A stretch of DNA of 29,586 bases from Bdellovibrionia bacterium. GTDB taxonomy: Bacteria > Bdellovibrionota > UBA1018. The stretch lies in the NCBI GenBank assembly GCA_045805065.1, contig JBJMMA010000143.1:1-29586 (forward strand). The letters are read 5' to 3'. The position numbers were made by a program, and so were the translations under genes. Of this stretch, positions 1 through 7,321 are shown in pieces (the stretch's first letter is position 1; every line of letters begins with the position of its first letter). The notes under the pieces are model-generated. The model made no database searches, was not told the DNA's origin, and was given only the letters and a program-made list of their open reading frames with translations.

Positions 1-1
1 C

Positions 2-142
2 ATCCTGCTCCTGGCCGGAGGGATCTCCGTGGCGCTCGGCATCTGGGCGGACATCGGGACCCTGCTCATCGCCGCGTTCGTCCTCCCGGCGGCCCTGTAC
101 TTCCACCGGTTCTGGGAGGTGGAGGAGCCGAATCAGCGGCAA
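2..142 (+). pseudogene. Fragment of a DoxX-family membrane protein (foreign, high-GC)
   Basis: Frame 2 reads ILLLAGGISVALGIWADIGTLLIAAFVLPAALYFHRFWEVEEPNQRQ, with DoxX-like TM helices and an HxFW motif. About 69% GC over nt 1-140 versus about 45% over 141-240. Resemblance stops at ~142. Confidence 0.55.
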
Positions 143-245
143 ATAACTTGCCTCCAACATGGGTCAACGCCAGAGAAATCACTACAGCGACGAACATAAA
201 TGTCCAATCGGTGGCCTGCATTTTATGTTTCTTCATGGCGCTCAT
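143..245 (-). CDS. N-terminal fragment of a membrane-anchored protein, truncated at the ~142 junction
   Basis: ATG at 245 with GAGGA 7 nt upstream; reads MSAMKKHKMQATDWTFMFVAVVISLALTHVGGKL (basic N-terminus plus TM helix), then runs into the high-GC fragment. Confidence 0.45.
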
Positions 246-420
246 CCGGCATTCCTCATCCTCTCTACAGCAATTCAGGGACCACCGTTTAATTGCATAA
301 GTTATTGATATTATTGCTTTATAATATACACATCTATAGTTTAAGGCGCCGAATTTTACGGCATCCGTCTACTTCTTGGACAGCATTCCCCACTGTCGAA
401 ACTTTTTTCATAAAAATGTC

Positions 421-447
421 TAAAGAGTTTACACCGTCCTCCGATCA
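421..447 (+). promoter_or_regulatory. sigma28 (FliA) promoter of first flagellin
   Basis: TAAA-N15-TCCGATCA versus consensus TAAA-N15-GCCGATAA, about 95 nt upstream of the flagellin ATG. Confidence 0.8.
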
Positions 448-504
448 GTTACTTGGAAGCAGGAATACAGCCTCAAGATGAGGTTAAAAAAGCCTGCCCA
501 TAAA

Positions 505-541
505 GGCCATGGATCGGCCGAGTTACCTTCAGGAGGAAGGT
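505..541 (+). promoter_or_regulatory. CsrA-type GGA hairpins in flagellin-1 leader
   Basis: GGCC-ATGGATC-GGCC (505-519) and ACCTTC-AGGAG-GAAGGT (525-541), the latter overlapping the Shine-Dalgarno. Confidence 0.65.
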
Positions 542-542
542 T

Positions 543-1391
543 ATGGGATTGCGTATCAACACAAACGTGCCGTCTCTCGTAGCGCAAAGAAATTTGCGCG
601 GCACGCGCGTCAATCTCGACAGAACTTTTGAAAGACTGAGCTCCGGCTCCCGCATCAACCACGCTGGTGACGATGCCGCAGGCCTGGCGATCTCAGAAAA
701 CATGCGGGCACAGCTCCGCGGCCTCAGCCAAGCTGAGCGTAACGCCCAAGACGGCGTCTCTCTCGTCCAAGTCGCTGAAGGTGGAATCTCTGAAATTTCG
801 AACATCCTGATCCGTCTGCGCGAACTGGGAGTCCAGGCAGCATCTGATACCGTCGGACCTCAGGAACGCGGATTCATGAACGTCGAATTCCAGCAACTTC
901 TGGAAGAAGTCGACCGGATCTCGAATGCAACCAACTTCAACAACGTCCCACTTTTGAACGGTACGGCAGGAACCTTTGAAGTCCAGGTCGGCACGGGCAA
1001 CAACCCGAACATCGACCGGATCAAGCTCTTTGCCAACGGTTCAGCAGACGTGAACGTGACTTCGCTCGGACTGAACCTGGCTAACGTCCAGGATAAGCTT
1101 TCCGCGCAAAACAGTTTGGCGGCGATCGACAAGGCGCTCGATCATGTCACGGCAACCCGTGCAGAGTTCGGCGCGCTTCAAAATCGCCTCCAGTCGGTGA
1201 TCAGCAATATCGCCATCAGCAAGGAAAACCTTGCTGCCGCCAACAGCCGCATCCGCGATGCGGACATGGCGGAAGAGACGGCAGAACTTACGAAGAGCCA
1301 GGTCTTGATGCAATCCGGAGTCAGCGTCCTCACCCAAGCCAACCAGACGGTGAAGACAGCGCTCGGACTGCTCGGACAAGGACAGGGTTAA
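543..1391 (+). CDS. fliC: Flagellin (short, 282 aa)
   Basis: MGLRINTN, RLSSGSRINHAGDDAAGLAISE, RLRELGVQAA, GALQNRL, ENLAAANSRIRDADMA: canonical D0/D1 flagellin motifs. Confidence 0.98.
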   Translation: MGLRINTNVPSLVAQRNLRGTRVNLDRTFERLSSGSRINHAGDDAAGLAISENMRAQLRGLSQAERNAQDGVSLVQVAEGGISEISNILIRLRELGVQAASDTVGPQERGFMNVEFQQLLEEVDRISNATNFNNVPLLNGTAGTFEVQVGTGNNPNIDRIKLFANGSADVNVTSLGLNLANVQDKLSAQNSLAAIDKALDHVTATRAEFGALQNRLQSVISNIAISKENLAAANSRIRDADMAEETAELTKSQVLMQSGVSVLTQANQTVKTALGLLGQGQG

Positions 1392-1801
1392 TGATTATGG
1401 CAAATGAGCTTAAGGAGATTGAATTGATGAGTGCATGAGCACTGAAAAAAGTTTGACCTGAAGCGAGGGCTGTTGCCTGAGCTTGTTTCCTGGAATGGGA
1501 TCATGACCAGGCCCGGCGAAGCCGGGCCGAGAATATGATGAGGCCTGTCGGAATGCTGTCTGGATGATGAGCGCCGACAGGTCTAACCCAAACTCCCCCA
1601 CTCCAAGAAACAGCCAGAAAACATCTCACGAGCGCGATGAACCGCGATCCGCTTCGGAACTCTCGACGCAAAGTGCGGCGAGAACAAAAAGTTTTGGCTG
1701 TGTGAAGTGGTTTTGCATAGCCAGAAAAACGATCCAAGCAGGCCCTCCTGCGCCTTGAGTCGGCGTCGGGAAGTCCAAGCAAAGATCGTAAAAAACAAAT
1801 T

Positions 1802-1874
1802 GAGCATGGATGCTCGTCGCAGACATTGGAGAATTCTGCGAGCTATCACGGAGGATGCGCTTATGAAGGGAAGC
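1802..1874 (+). promoter_or_regulatory. CsrA-type GGA hairpins in flagellin-2 leader
   Basis: GAGCA-TGGA-TGCTC (1802-1815), TCGCAGA..TTGGAG..TCTGCGA (1817-1841), ATC-ACGGAG-GAT (1845-1856), and AGGGA at the SD. Confidence 0.65.
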
Positions 1875-1878
1875 TAAT

Positions 1879-2712
1879 ATGGGTTTGCGAATTGCGACTA
1901 ATACGACCGCGTTGAATGCACAGAGACAAATGATGGCCACTCGTGGGGCTCTCGATAAAACTCTCGAGAGACTTGCCAGCGGTAGCCGGATCAACCATGC
2001 AGGCGATGATGCCGCAGGTTTGGCGATCTCGGAAAACCTCAAGGCACAAATCCGAGGAATCCGTCAAGCCAAGAGAAACGGCATGGACGGCGTCTCGCTG
2101 ATCCAGGTCTCTGAAGGCGGTTTGAACGAAATTTCGAATATGTTGATGAGATTGCGCGAGCTATCCATCCAAGCGGCATCAGATACGATCGGAGACACCG
2201 AGCGCCAATTCACGGACCGTGAATTCCAATCGCTCAAGCAGGAAATGGATCGTATTGCCAACGTCACCCAGTTCAACGGAATTCCGTTGCTCAACGGTAA
2301 GACGGGGATCTTCGAGATCCAGGTGGGTACGCATAACAACCCGATTCTCGACCGTATCGTGTACAACGGCGAAAGAGCAGACTCATCTGTCGACGCTCTG
2401 AAGCTCGGAGGCGAATCGGTTGCGACCAAACAGGGTGCTCAGCTCTCGCTCTCGGTGATTGACGACGCTCTTGTCCGGGTCAACAGCATCCGCGCTGACT
2501 TAGGCGCCATGCAGAACCGGTTGCAATCGACGATCAATAACCTGGCGATCAGTGATGAGAATCTCTCGGCAGCAAACAGCCGCATCCGCGACACGGACAT
2601 GGCTGAGGAAGTCTCTGAGATGACCAAGAACAACATCCTGATGCAATCTGGAATCGCAGTCCTGGGTCAGGCCAATAATACGAACCAAGCAGCCCTGAAG
2701 CTGCTCTCGTAA
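1879..2712 (+). CDS. fliC: Flagellin (277 aa)
   Basis: Same flagellin N- and C-terminal motifs; close paralog of 3207-4040. Confidence 0.98.
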   Translation: MGLRIATNTTALNAQRQMMATRGALDKTLERLASGSRINHAGDDAAGLAISENLKAQIRGIRQAKRNGMDGVSLIQVSEGGLNEISNMLMRLRELSIQAASDTIGDTERQFTDREFQSLKQEMDRIANVTQFNGIPLLNGKTGIFEIQVGTHNNPILDRIVYNGERADSSVDALKLGGESVATKQGAQLSLSVIDDALVRVNSIRADLGAMQNRLQSTINNLAISDENLSAANSRIRDTDMAEEVSEMTKNNILMQSGIAVLGQANNTNQAALKLLS

Positions 2713-3090
2713 TGAAATAGTGGTGTGAACGATATGCCTCAAACTTGGACGATGCACCACCATGGCAAACCCCCGCAGACCCTCTCCGGCTGCGGTACGA
2801 CTGGGTACGCGGACTCAACTCCTCGGCGCGAAACTTCGCGACCTGAGAGGGCGAATCACGCGGAGGAGGCGCAAGCTCAGACGGTGGAGCGTGCGTCGGC
2901 CAAGACAGAGGCAGTCACTGAATCCTCCCGCCGGTTCATATACGGCGGGAGGGTTAAAAAAGTACGCGGATCGGGAACGGAATCCCGCAGCGTACTGCAA
3001 GTTCTGAAAAAAGTTTCTTAGTCGAGGCGGCACCGCCGCCACGCATATAAAGATTTTCGATCTCGGGTGGTCTGGGATCGAAATAACTAA

Positions 3091-3209
3091 CGGGCAAGGA
3101 AGCTCGCCGTTTAAGGAATCTTCGCTAGAAGATAAGAACGGGCCATCACGGATGGAGGCGTAATTGGACTCCCGGCAGGGGTCCGCATACTCACAATGGA
3201 GGAAGTATG
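3091..3209 (+). promoter_or_regulatory. CsrA-type GGA hairpins in flagellin-3 leader
   Basis: CGGGC-AAGGAA-GCTCG (3091-3106), CCATC-ACG-GATGG (3143-3155), CATACT-cacaATGGAgga-AGTATG (3186-3209), the last pairing over the start codon. Confidence 0.65.
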
Positions 3210-4040
3210 GGTTTACGCATTGCTACAAACATCACGTCCCTCAACGCTCAAAGACAAATGGCTATCACCAGAGGAAATCTGGATAAGTCATTGGAAAGAC
3301 TTGCCAGCGGCAGCCGCATTAATCATGCTGGCGACGACGCCGCAGGCCTCGCAATTTCAGAAAACTTGAAAGCTCAGATTCGAGGTATTCGCCAAGCTAA
3401 AAGAAACTCGCTGGATGGCGTTTCGCTGATCCAAGTTTCAGAAGGCGGCCTCAATGAGATCTCAAACATTCTCACTCGTCTGCGCGAACTATCGATCCAA
3501 GCGGCATCAGACACGATCGGAGACACGGAACGTGGATTCACGGATCGTGAATTCCAGTCCCTCAAGCAGGAAATTGATCGCATTTCGAATGTGACCAATT
3601 TCAACGGCACTCCCCTGCTCAACGGCAAGGCGGGTATCTTTGAAATCCAGGTCGGCACGCATAACAATCCTATTCTTGATCGTATCGTTTACAACGGCGA
3701 GCGCTCGGACTCCTCTCTGGATGCCCTGAAGCTCGGCGGCGAATCGGTGGCGACCAAACAGGGTGCTCAGCTCTCGCTCTCGGTAATTGATGATGCCCTT
3801 GTTCGCGTAAACAGCATTCGCGCAGATTTGGGTGCATTGCAGAACCGCTTGCAATCAACGATCAATAATTTGGCAATCAGCGATGAAAACCTCTCGGCAG
3901 CCAACAGCCGCATTCGCGATACGGACATGGCTGAAGAAGTTTCCGAGATGACCAAGAACAATATCTTGATGCAATCAGGGATCTCAGTCCTCGGGCAAGC
4001 TAACAGCACCAGCCAAGGTGCCCTGAAGCTCCTGAGTTAA
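3207..4040 (+). CDS. fliC: Flagellin (277 aa)
   Basis: Flagellin motifs; SD GGAGGA upstream; close paralog of 1879-2712. Confidence 0.98.
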   Translation: MGLRIATNITSLNAQRQMAITRGNLDKSLERLASGSRINHAGDDAAGLAISENLKAQIRGIRQAKRNSLDGVSLIQVSEGGLNEISNILTRLRELSIQAASDTIGDTERGFTDREFQSLKQEIDRISNVTNFNGTPLLNGKAGIFEIQVGTHNNPILDRIVYNGERSDSSLDALKLGGESVATKQGAQLSLSVIDDALVRVNSIRADLGALQNRLQSTINNLAISDENLSAANSRIRDTDMAEEVSEMTKNNILMQSGISVLGQANSTSQGALKLLS

Positions 4041-4053
4041 TGAGTAGTAACAT

Positions 4054-4959
4054 ATGCCATCATCGATTCGATCTGTTCTGATCGTAGGAGGAAGTGGTTT
4101 CGTAGGAACCCACCTCGCGCAAAGACTTCGCGAGGGATACAAGGTTTTTACGACCTACCACACGCACCGGATCGCCATTCCGGGCGTGACCTGCCTGCCG
4201 ATGAACATCGACAACAGAACCTTGGTCAAAGGCGTAGTGCAGATGTCGAAGCCAGACTTCATCATCTACGCGCCTGGGATGCCCTCCGTGGGGAGAAAAC
4301 CGCACGACTTCGCCGAATTCGAGCGAGTTTTCTCCAAAGGAGCCGCAACGCTCCTGAACATCGCGGAAATGATCCAGCCCAAGTTCATCTATCTGTCGAG
4401 CAGCGATGTCTTTGATGGTGATCGTGGCAACTACCATGAAACTGAGTCAGCATTGCCCTCGGGCCCTCTCGGCAAAGCAAAAGTTGCAGGCGAGAACTTT
4501 ATCCGAGGACGCTCACTGAACTCCGTCATTGTCCGAAGCTCTCCCGTGTTCGGACGCGGAAACGGCTTGAACCACTCTTTCCTCGATCGACTCCGAATGC
4601 GACTCGATCGTGGCAAGCAAGTGGAGTTACATGAGAATGAAATTCACTCGTTTGCCCCAGTAGAAGGCCTGGCCGATCTGATCGGCGAGATCATCGCTCA
4701 TCCCACGGTCCGTAACCGTACCCTCCATTACGGCGGGCTGACAAAGATGAGCTGGGCAGACTTTGGAAGAGCCTTTGCCAAACGCTTTGGCTACGACCAA
4801 AAACTGATCGTCCCCGTGACCACCGGGCGAGACGACAAACGAGAGTCCCTGGATTTCTCCCTGAACTCCACTCAGGCCGTCGAGCAATTAAAGATCAAGC
4901 CCCTTCTCTTGCAAGAGAGCTTTGATCTGATCGAGAAGAAGCTGATTGCTCGTGCGTGA
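4054..4959 (+). CDS. RmlD-like (dTDP-4-dehydrorhamnose reductase family) extended SDR / sugar-nucleotide-binding protein
   Basis: GGSGFVG Rossmann motif, YLSSSDVFDGDRGNYHE and K..GE motifs typical of RmlD; catalytic YxxxK appears as LGKAK. Confidence 0.8.
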   Translation: MPSSIRSVLIVGGSGFVGTHLAQRLREGYKVFTTYHTHRIAIPGVTCLPMNIDNRTLVKGVVQMSKPDFIIYAPGMPSVGRKPHDFAEFERVFSKGAATLLNIAEMIQPKFIYLSSSDVFDGDRGNYHETESALPSGPLGKAKVAGENFIRGRSLNSVIVRSSPVFGRGNGLNHSFLDRLRMRLDRGKQVELHENEIHSFAPVEGLADLIGEIIAHPTVRNRTLHYGGLTKMSWADFGRAFAKRFGYDQKLIVPVTTGRDDKRESLDFSLNSTQAVEQLKIKPLLLQESFDLIEKKLIARA

Positions 4960-5526
4960 GCGACGATTGTCGCGGGTCGCACGGGCAAACTCGGCAAAGT
5001 AAAACTTTGCGACTTGCTCAGCGTTGATCTTTTCGCCTTGGAAGGTCCAATACACTTCACGGAATGGACCCACTTGAGCGATCAGGTCATGAGACTTTCC
5101 ATCAATCTCAGATCCTGCGACAGTGCTTACGCCAGCAAACGTCTGGACCTGCCCATCCACAGCCAATGTTCCGCGCACATGCTGAGAGAAGCTCAGCTGA
5201 ATCACTCCGTGCGCAGTGTTGGCGATCACAAGCTTTACCTGATTGCGGAAGACCATGAAATCCGCAGCTGTTTGCGCGAGGCTGTAGACCTTGATCTCTT
5301 GAAACTTGGTGCTGCCTTCGGAATAAGCATTAAAGACGCGAACGTATTCGTTGAAATGCTCACGAAGTTCGGTCAGAAAATCGATCGTGCTTTCCTCAAC
5401 CAGCTGTTGAGGGTCAAAGCTCTTGCCGAGCTGAAGCAGGCGATCTGCATCCGGATGAATTTCTCCCCGAGCGAGCTCGTGAATCCAGCCCTGCTGCGAA
5501 GGAAGAACGTCTTTAAATTGAGCCAT
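4888..5526 (-). CDS. Hypothetical protein (212 aa)
   Basis: Long ORF with globular-protein composition and a sigma70-like promoter upstream; 3' end overlaps the RmlD-like gene by 72 nt. No function recognised. Confidence 0.8.
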   Translation of the reverse strand: MAQFKDVLPSQQGWIHELARGEIHPDADRLLQLGKSFDPQQLVEESTIDFLTELREHFNEYVRVFNAYSEGSTKFQEIKVYSLAQTAADFMVFRNQVKLVIANTAHGVIQLSFSQHVRGTLAVDGQVQTFAGVSTVAGSEIDGKSHDLIAQVGPFREVYWTFQGEKINAEQVAKFYFAEFARATRDNRRSRTSNQLLLDQIKALLQEKGLDL

Positions 5527-5548
5527 AGTGCAGAAAACCCCCGGCTAT

Positions 5549-5578
5549 AGCTTAAAAGCTGATGGCTAGGTTTGTCAA
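5549..5578 (-). promoter_or_regulatory. sigma70-type promoter for the 212-aa gene
   Basis: Minus strand TTGACA-N18-TAAGCT ending about 22 nt upstream of ATG 5526. Confidence 0.55.
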
Positions 5579-5714
5579 TTACAGCGCGGAGAGCTCATTC
5601 TAGCGCTGGGAGCCCCTGCCGCTGCTACGCAGCGGAATTCCTCCTCCGCGGGCGCTTCGCTTGGGGATTCCTCCCCGACCGAGCGATTGAGGCTGTCCCC
5701 AACGTTCGCAAGCC

Positions 5715-5846
5715 TGCCTTCACGGGCCTTATAAAAAAGCACAGGCCATTTATTGATTCACAACAGCCAGGAAGGCGAAAGTTGTGAAAAGCCAGGATGG
5801 CTGCTCAATAAATGGCCTGTGCTTTTTTATAAGGCCCGTGAAGGCA
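5715..5846. repeat. 132-bp element: perfect 42-bp inverted repeat enclosing two AGGA hairpins
   Basis: 5715-5756 TGCCTTCACGGGCCTTATAAAAAAGCACAGGCCATTTATTGA is the exact reverse complement of 5805-5846. The 48-nt core holds a TTCACAAC/GTTGTGAA stem, GCC-AGGAA-GGC and AGCC-AGGAT-GGCT. Confidence 0.9.
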
Positions 5847-5851
5847 AAAAA

Positions 5852-6020
5852 ATGCCCCAAGGTGTAGTGAAGTCAAATGGAACCCCGGTAATCTAAGTGG
5901 GCGCCGTTTTGCAGCTTTAGGCTTCCTAGTTAGACCAGGCATGCACACCACTGCAAGGGACAGCCCCCGGGTTCATTGACTGTAGGGTCCACATGAAATA
6001 GTCACTACCCTTGAGGCATC
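5852..6020 (-). ncRNA. ssrS: 6S RNA
   Basis: About 170-nt rod: ends pair (ATGCCTCAAGGGTAGTGA with TCACTACACCTTGGGGCAT on the minus strand). Internal 6S-like blocks GAACC..GGGGC..TGGTGTGCATGCC..GGAAGCCT..CGGCGCCCAC..GGGTTC. TATACT -10 box just upstream (6024-6029) and a U7 tract directly downstream. Confidence 0.75.
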
Positions 6021-6205
6021 TCCAGTATACCTGAATTCTCAAAAAACTGCAGGCCTGATATTTTTTTCAAAGCCTGAATAATGCTTCCTAGGCAAAAAAC
6101 TCCAAATGACTACTCATTCCAGACTCTGGCCAGCCTCTCTGGCTAATAACCGTCGAAAATAATATTGGCTTTATTTTCCGATGCGTTACCATTGACACAC
6201 GTCCT

Positions 6206-7321
6206 ATGCCAAAGAAGCTCCTCGTCGCTGACGACAGTCTGACTATCCAAAAAGTGATTCGCCTCGCGCTTTCGGGCGCAGCAAGTGGCGCTTCGGACGG
6301 CTATGAAATCCAGACCGTTTCCGACGGAAACGATGCGATTCAGCAAATTTCACTCTTTCGTCCAGACATCGTTTTGATTGACGTTTCGCTTCCTGGAAAG
6401 TCGGCTTTTGAAGTGAAGCGGGCAACTAATCAGCATCGCGATCTGGCGCATGTCCGTTTTGTGCTGATGTCGAGCGCATTTGAAAAAGTCGACGAGCCTC
6501 AAGTCAGCGAAGTCGATTTTCACGGTCGCCTGACTAAGCCATTCGACCCTGCGCACCTTCGTGAGGTTTTGACCCAGGTTCTGGCCAAGGCACCGGCTCC
6601 TACACCAGCCCCACCATCACCTATGGCGGATCAGTTTACCCCACCGCCTATCCCTTCGGAGTTTCCGGCGGATCTGCCAGAGTCTGAACCAAAGATTTTC
6701 ACTGCACGCCCTCCCGAGCCAGAAAGCGATATTCGCAATCTGACCGAGTCCACCATTCGTATGAGTGGGCTTGCCGATTTAGGCGGCGACCAACCACCGG
6801 AGCTGCCTCCAGGCCTTCCACCTGAGCCAGAACCTCCGACGGATTTCCCGGAAGACTTCCAATGGAGCGTAGAAGAGAACTCGCTCAAGCCTCCATCCAA
6901 CTTTGATGCAGGCGATAGCACCTTCCCGCTTGCGCCTCCTCCTCGCGTTCCAAATGATCATTCGCGTTTTATTCAGCGCCCAAAGGCCGAGGAACTCGAG
7001 CTCACGCCTCCTCCCGCGCCTGACATGCCTTATGAGGAGCCAGAGGCTTTCGAAGCACAACCCGCTCCTCAAGCGCCACCTGCTTCATACGCTTCCAATC
7101 TTTCTGGACCTCAAGCACAACAAGCAAGCCGTGCCCCGCAGGCACCTTCTTATGCGCCACAAGCTCCAGCTGCGCCAAGCTTTGATCTTTCTCAAATCGA
7201 AGAAATGGTTCGCCGCGAAGTCTTGAACGCCATTCGCAAAGTCGCGCAAGAGAATCTCGCAGATGCGGTCGAGCGGATCGTCAAAGAAGAGATCAATAAG
7301 CTTCTTCAAGATTCGCCTTAA
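6206..7321 (+). CDS. romR: RomR-like response regulator (receiver, Pro-rich linker, C-terminal helical region)
   Basis: MPKKLLVADDSLTIQKVI receiver start, LIDVSLP phospho-Asp, LTKPF, long Pro/Glu-rich linker and C-terminal ..LADAVERIVKEEINKLL, resembling RomR of Myxococcus/Bdellovibrio. Confidence 0.75.
   Translation: MPKKLLVADDSLTIQKVIRLALSGAASGASDGYEIQTVSDGNDAIQQISLFRPDIVLIDVSLPGKSAFEVKRATNQHRDLAHVRFVLMSSAFEKVDEPQVSEVDFHGRLTKPFDPAHLREVLTQVLAKAPAPTPAPPSPMADQFTPPPIPSEFPADLPESEPKIFTARPPEPESDIRNLTESTIRMSGLADLGGDQPPELPPGLPPEPEPPTDFPEDFQWSVEENSLKPPSNFDAGDSTFPLAPPPRVPNDHSRFIQRPKAEELELTPPPAPDMPYEEPEAFEAQPAPQAPPASYASNLSGPQAQQASRAPQAPSYAPQAPAAPSFDLSQIEEMVRREVLNAIRKVAQENLADAVERIVKEEINKLLQDSP

Noticed and set aside
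1564..1758. 64-aa ORF containing FGCVKWF, reminiscent of cold-shock GxVKWF
   Set aside because: The rest of the CSD (RNP1/RNP2) is absent and the motif falls inside an inverted repeat.
2762..2920. Possible c-di-GMP-I or glycine riboswitch (GGCAAAC, GGCGCAAGC, GACAGAGG fragments)
   Set aside because: Fragments are not in the required order or spacing and key motifs are missing; left as a generic structured region.
2961..3000. Cobalamin-riboswitch-like GGGAA..AATCC..CGC
   Set aside because: Too short, lacks the B12 box and downstream GCCACTG..GGGAAG, and no B12-related gene follows.
2725..3021. 98-aa and 81-aa ORFs in the flagellin 2-3 spacer
   Set aside because: No SD, no recognisable domain, and overlap with strong hairpins; cannot be supported as genes.
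429..4009. Many antisense and alternate-frame ORFs over the flagellins (and similar shadows across the window)
   Set aside because: They lie within well-supported genes, have no motifs, and recur in the paralogs simply as shadows of conserved codons.
5572..5787. 71-aa ORF across the hairpin region
   Set aside because: Runs through palindromic repeats with a TTG start and no SD; likely spurious.
5691..5966. 9-nt complementarity between GGCTGTCCC and the 6S interior, and an 11-nt match CGCGGAGGAGG between 2859 and 5640
   Set aside because: Short GC-rich matches expected by chance.
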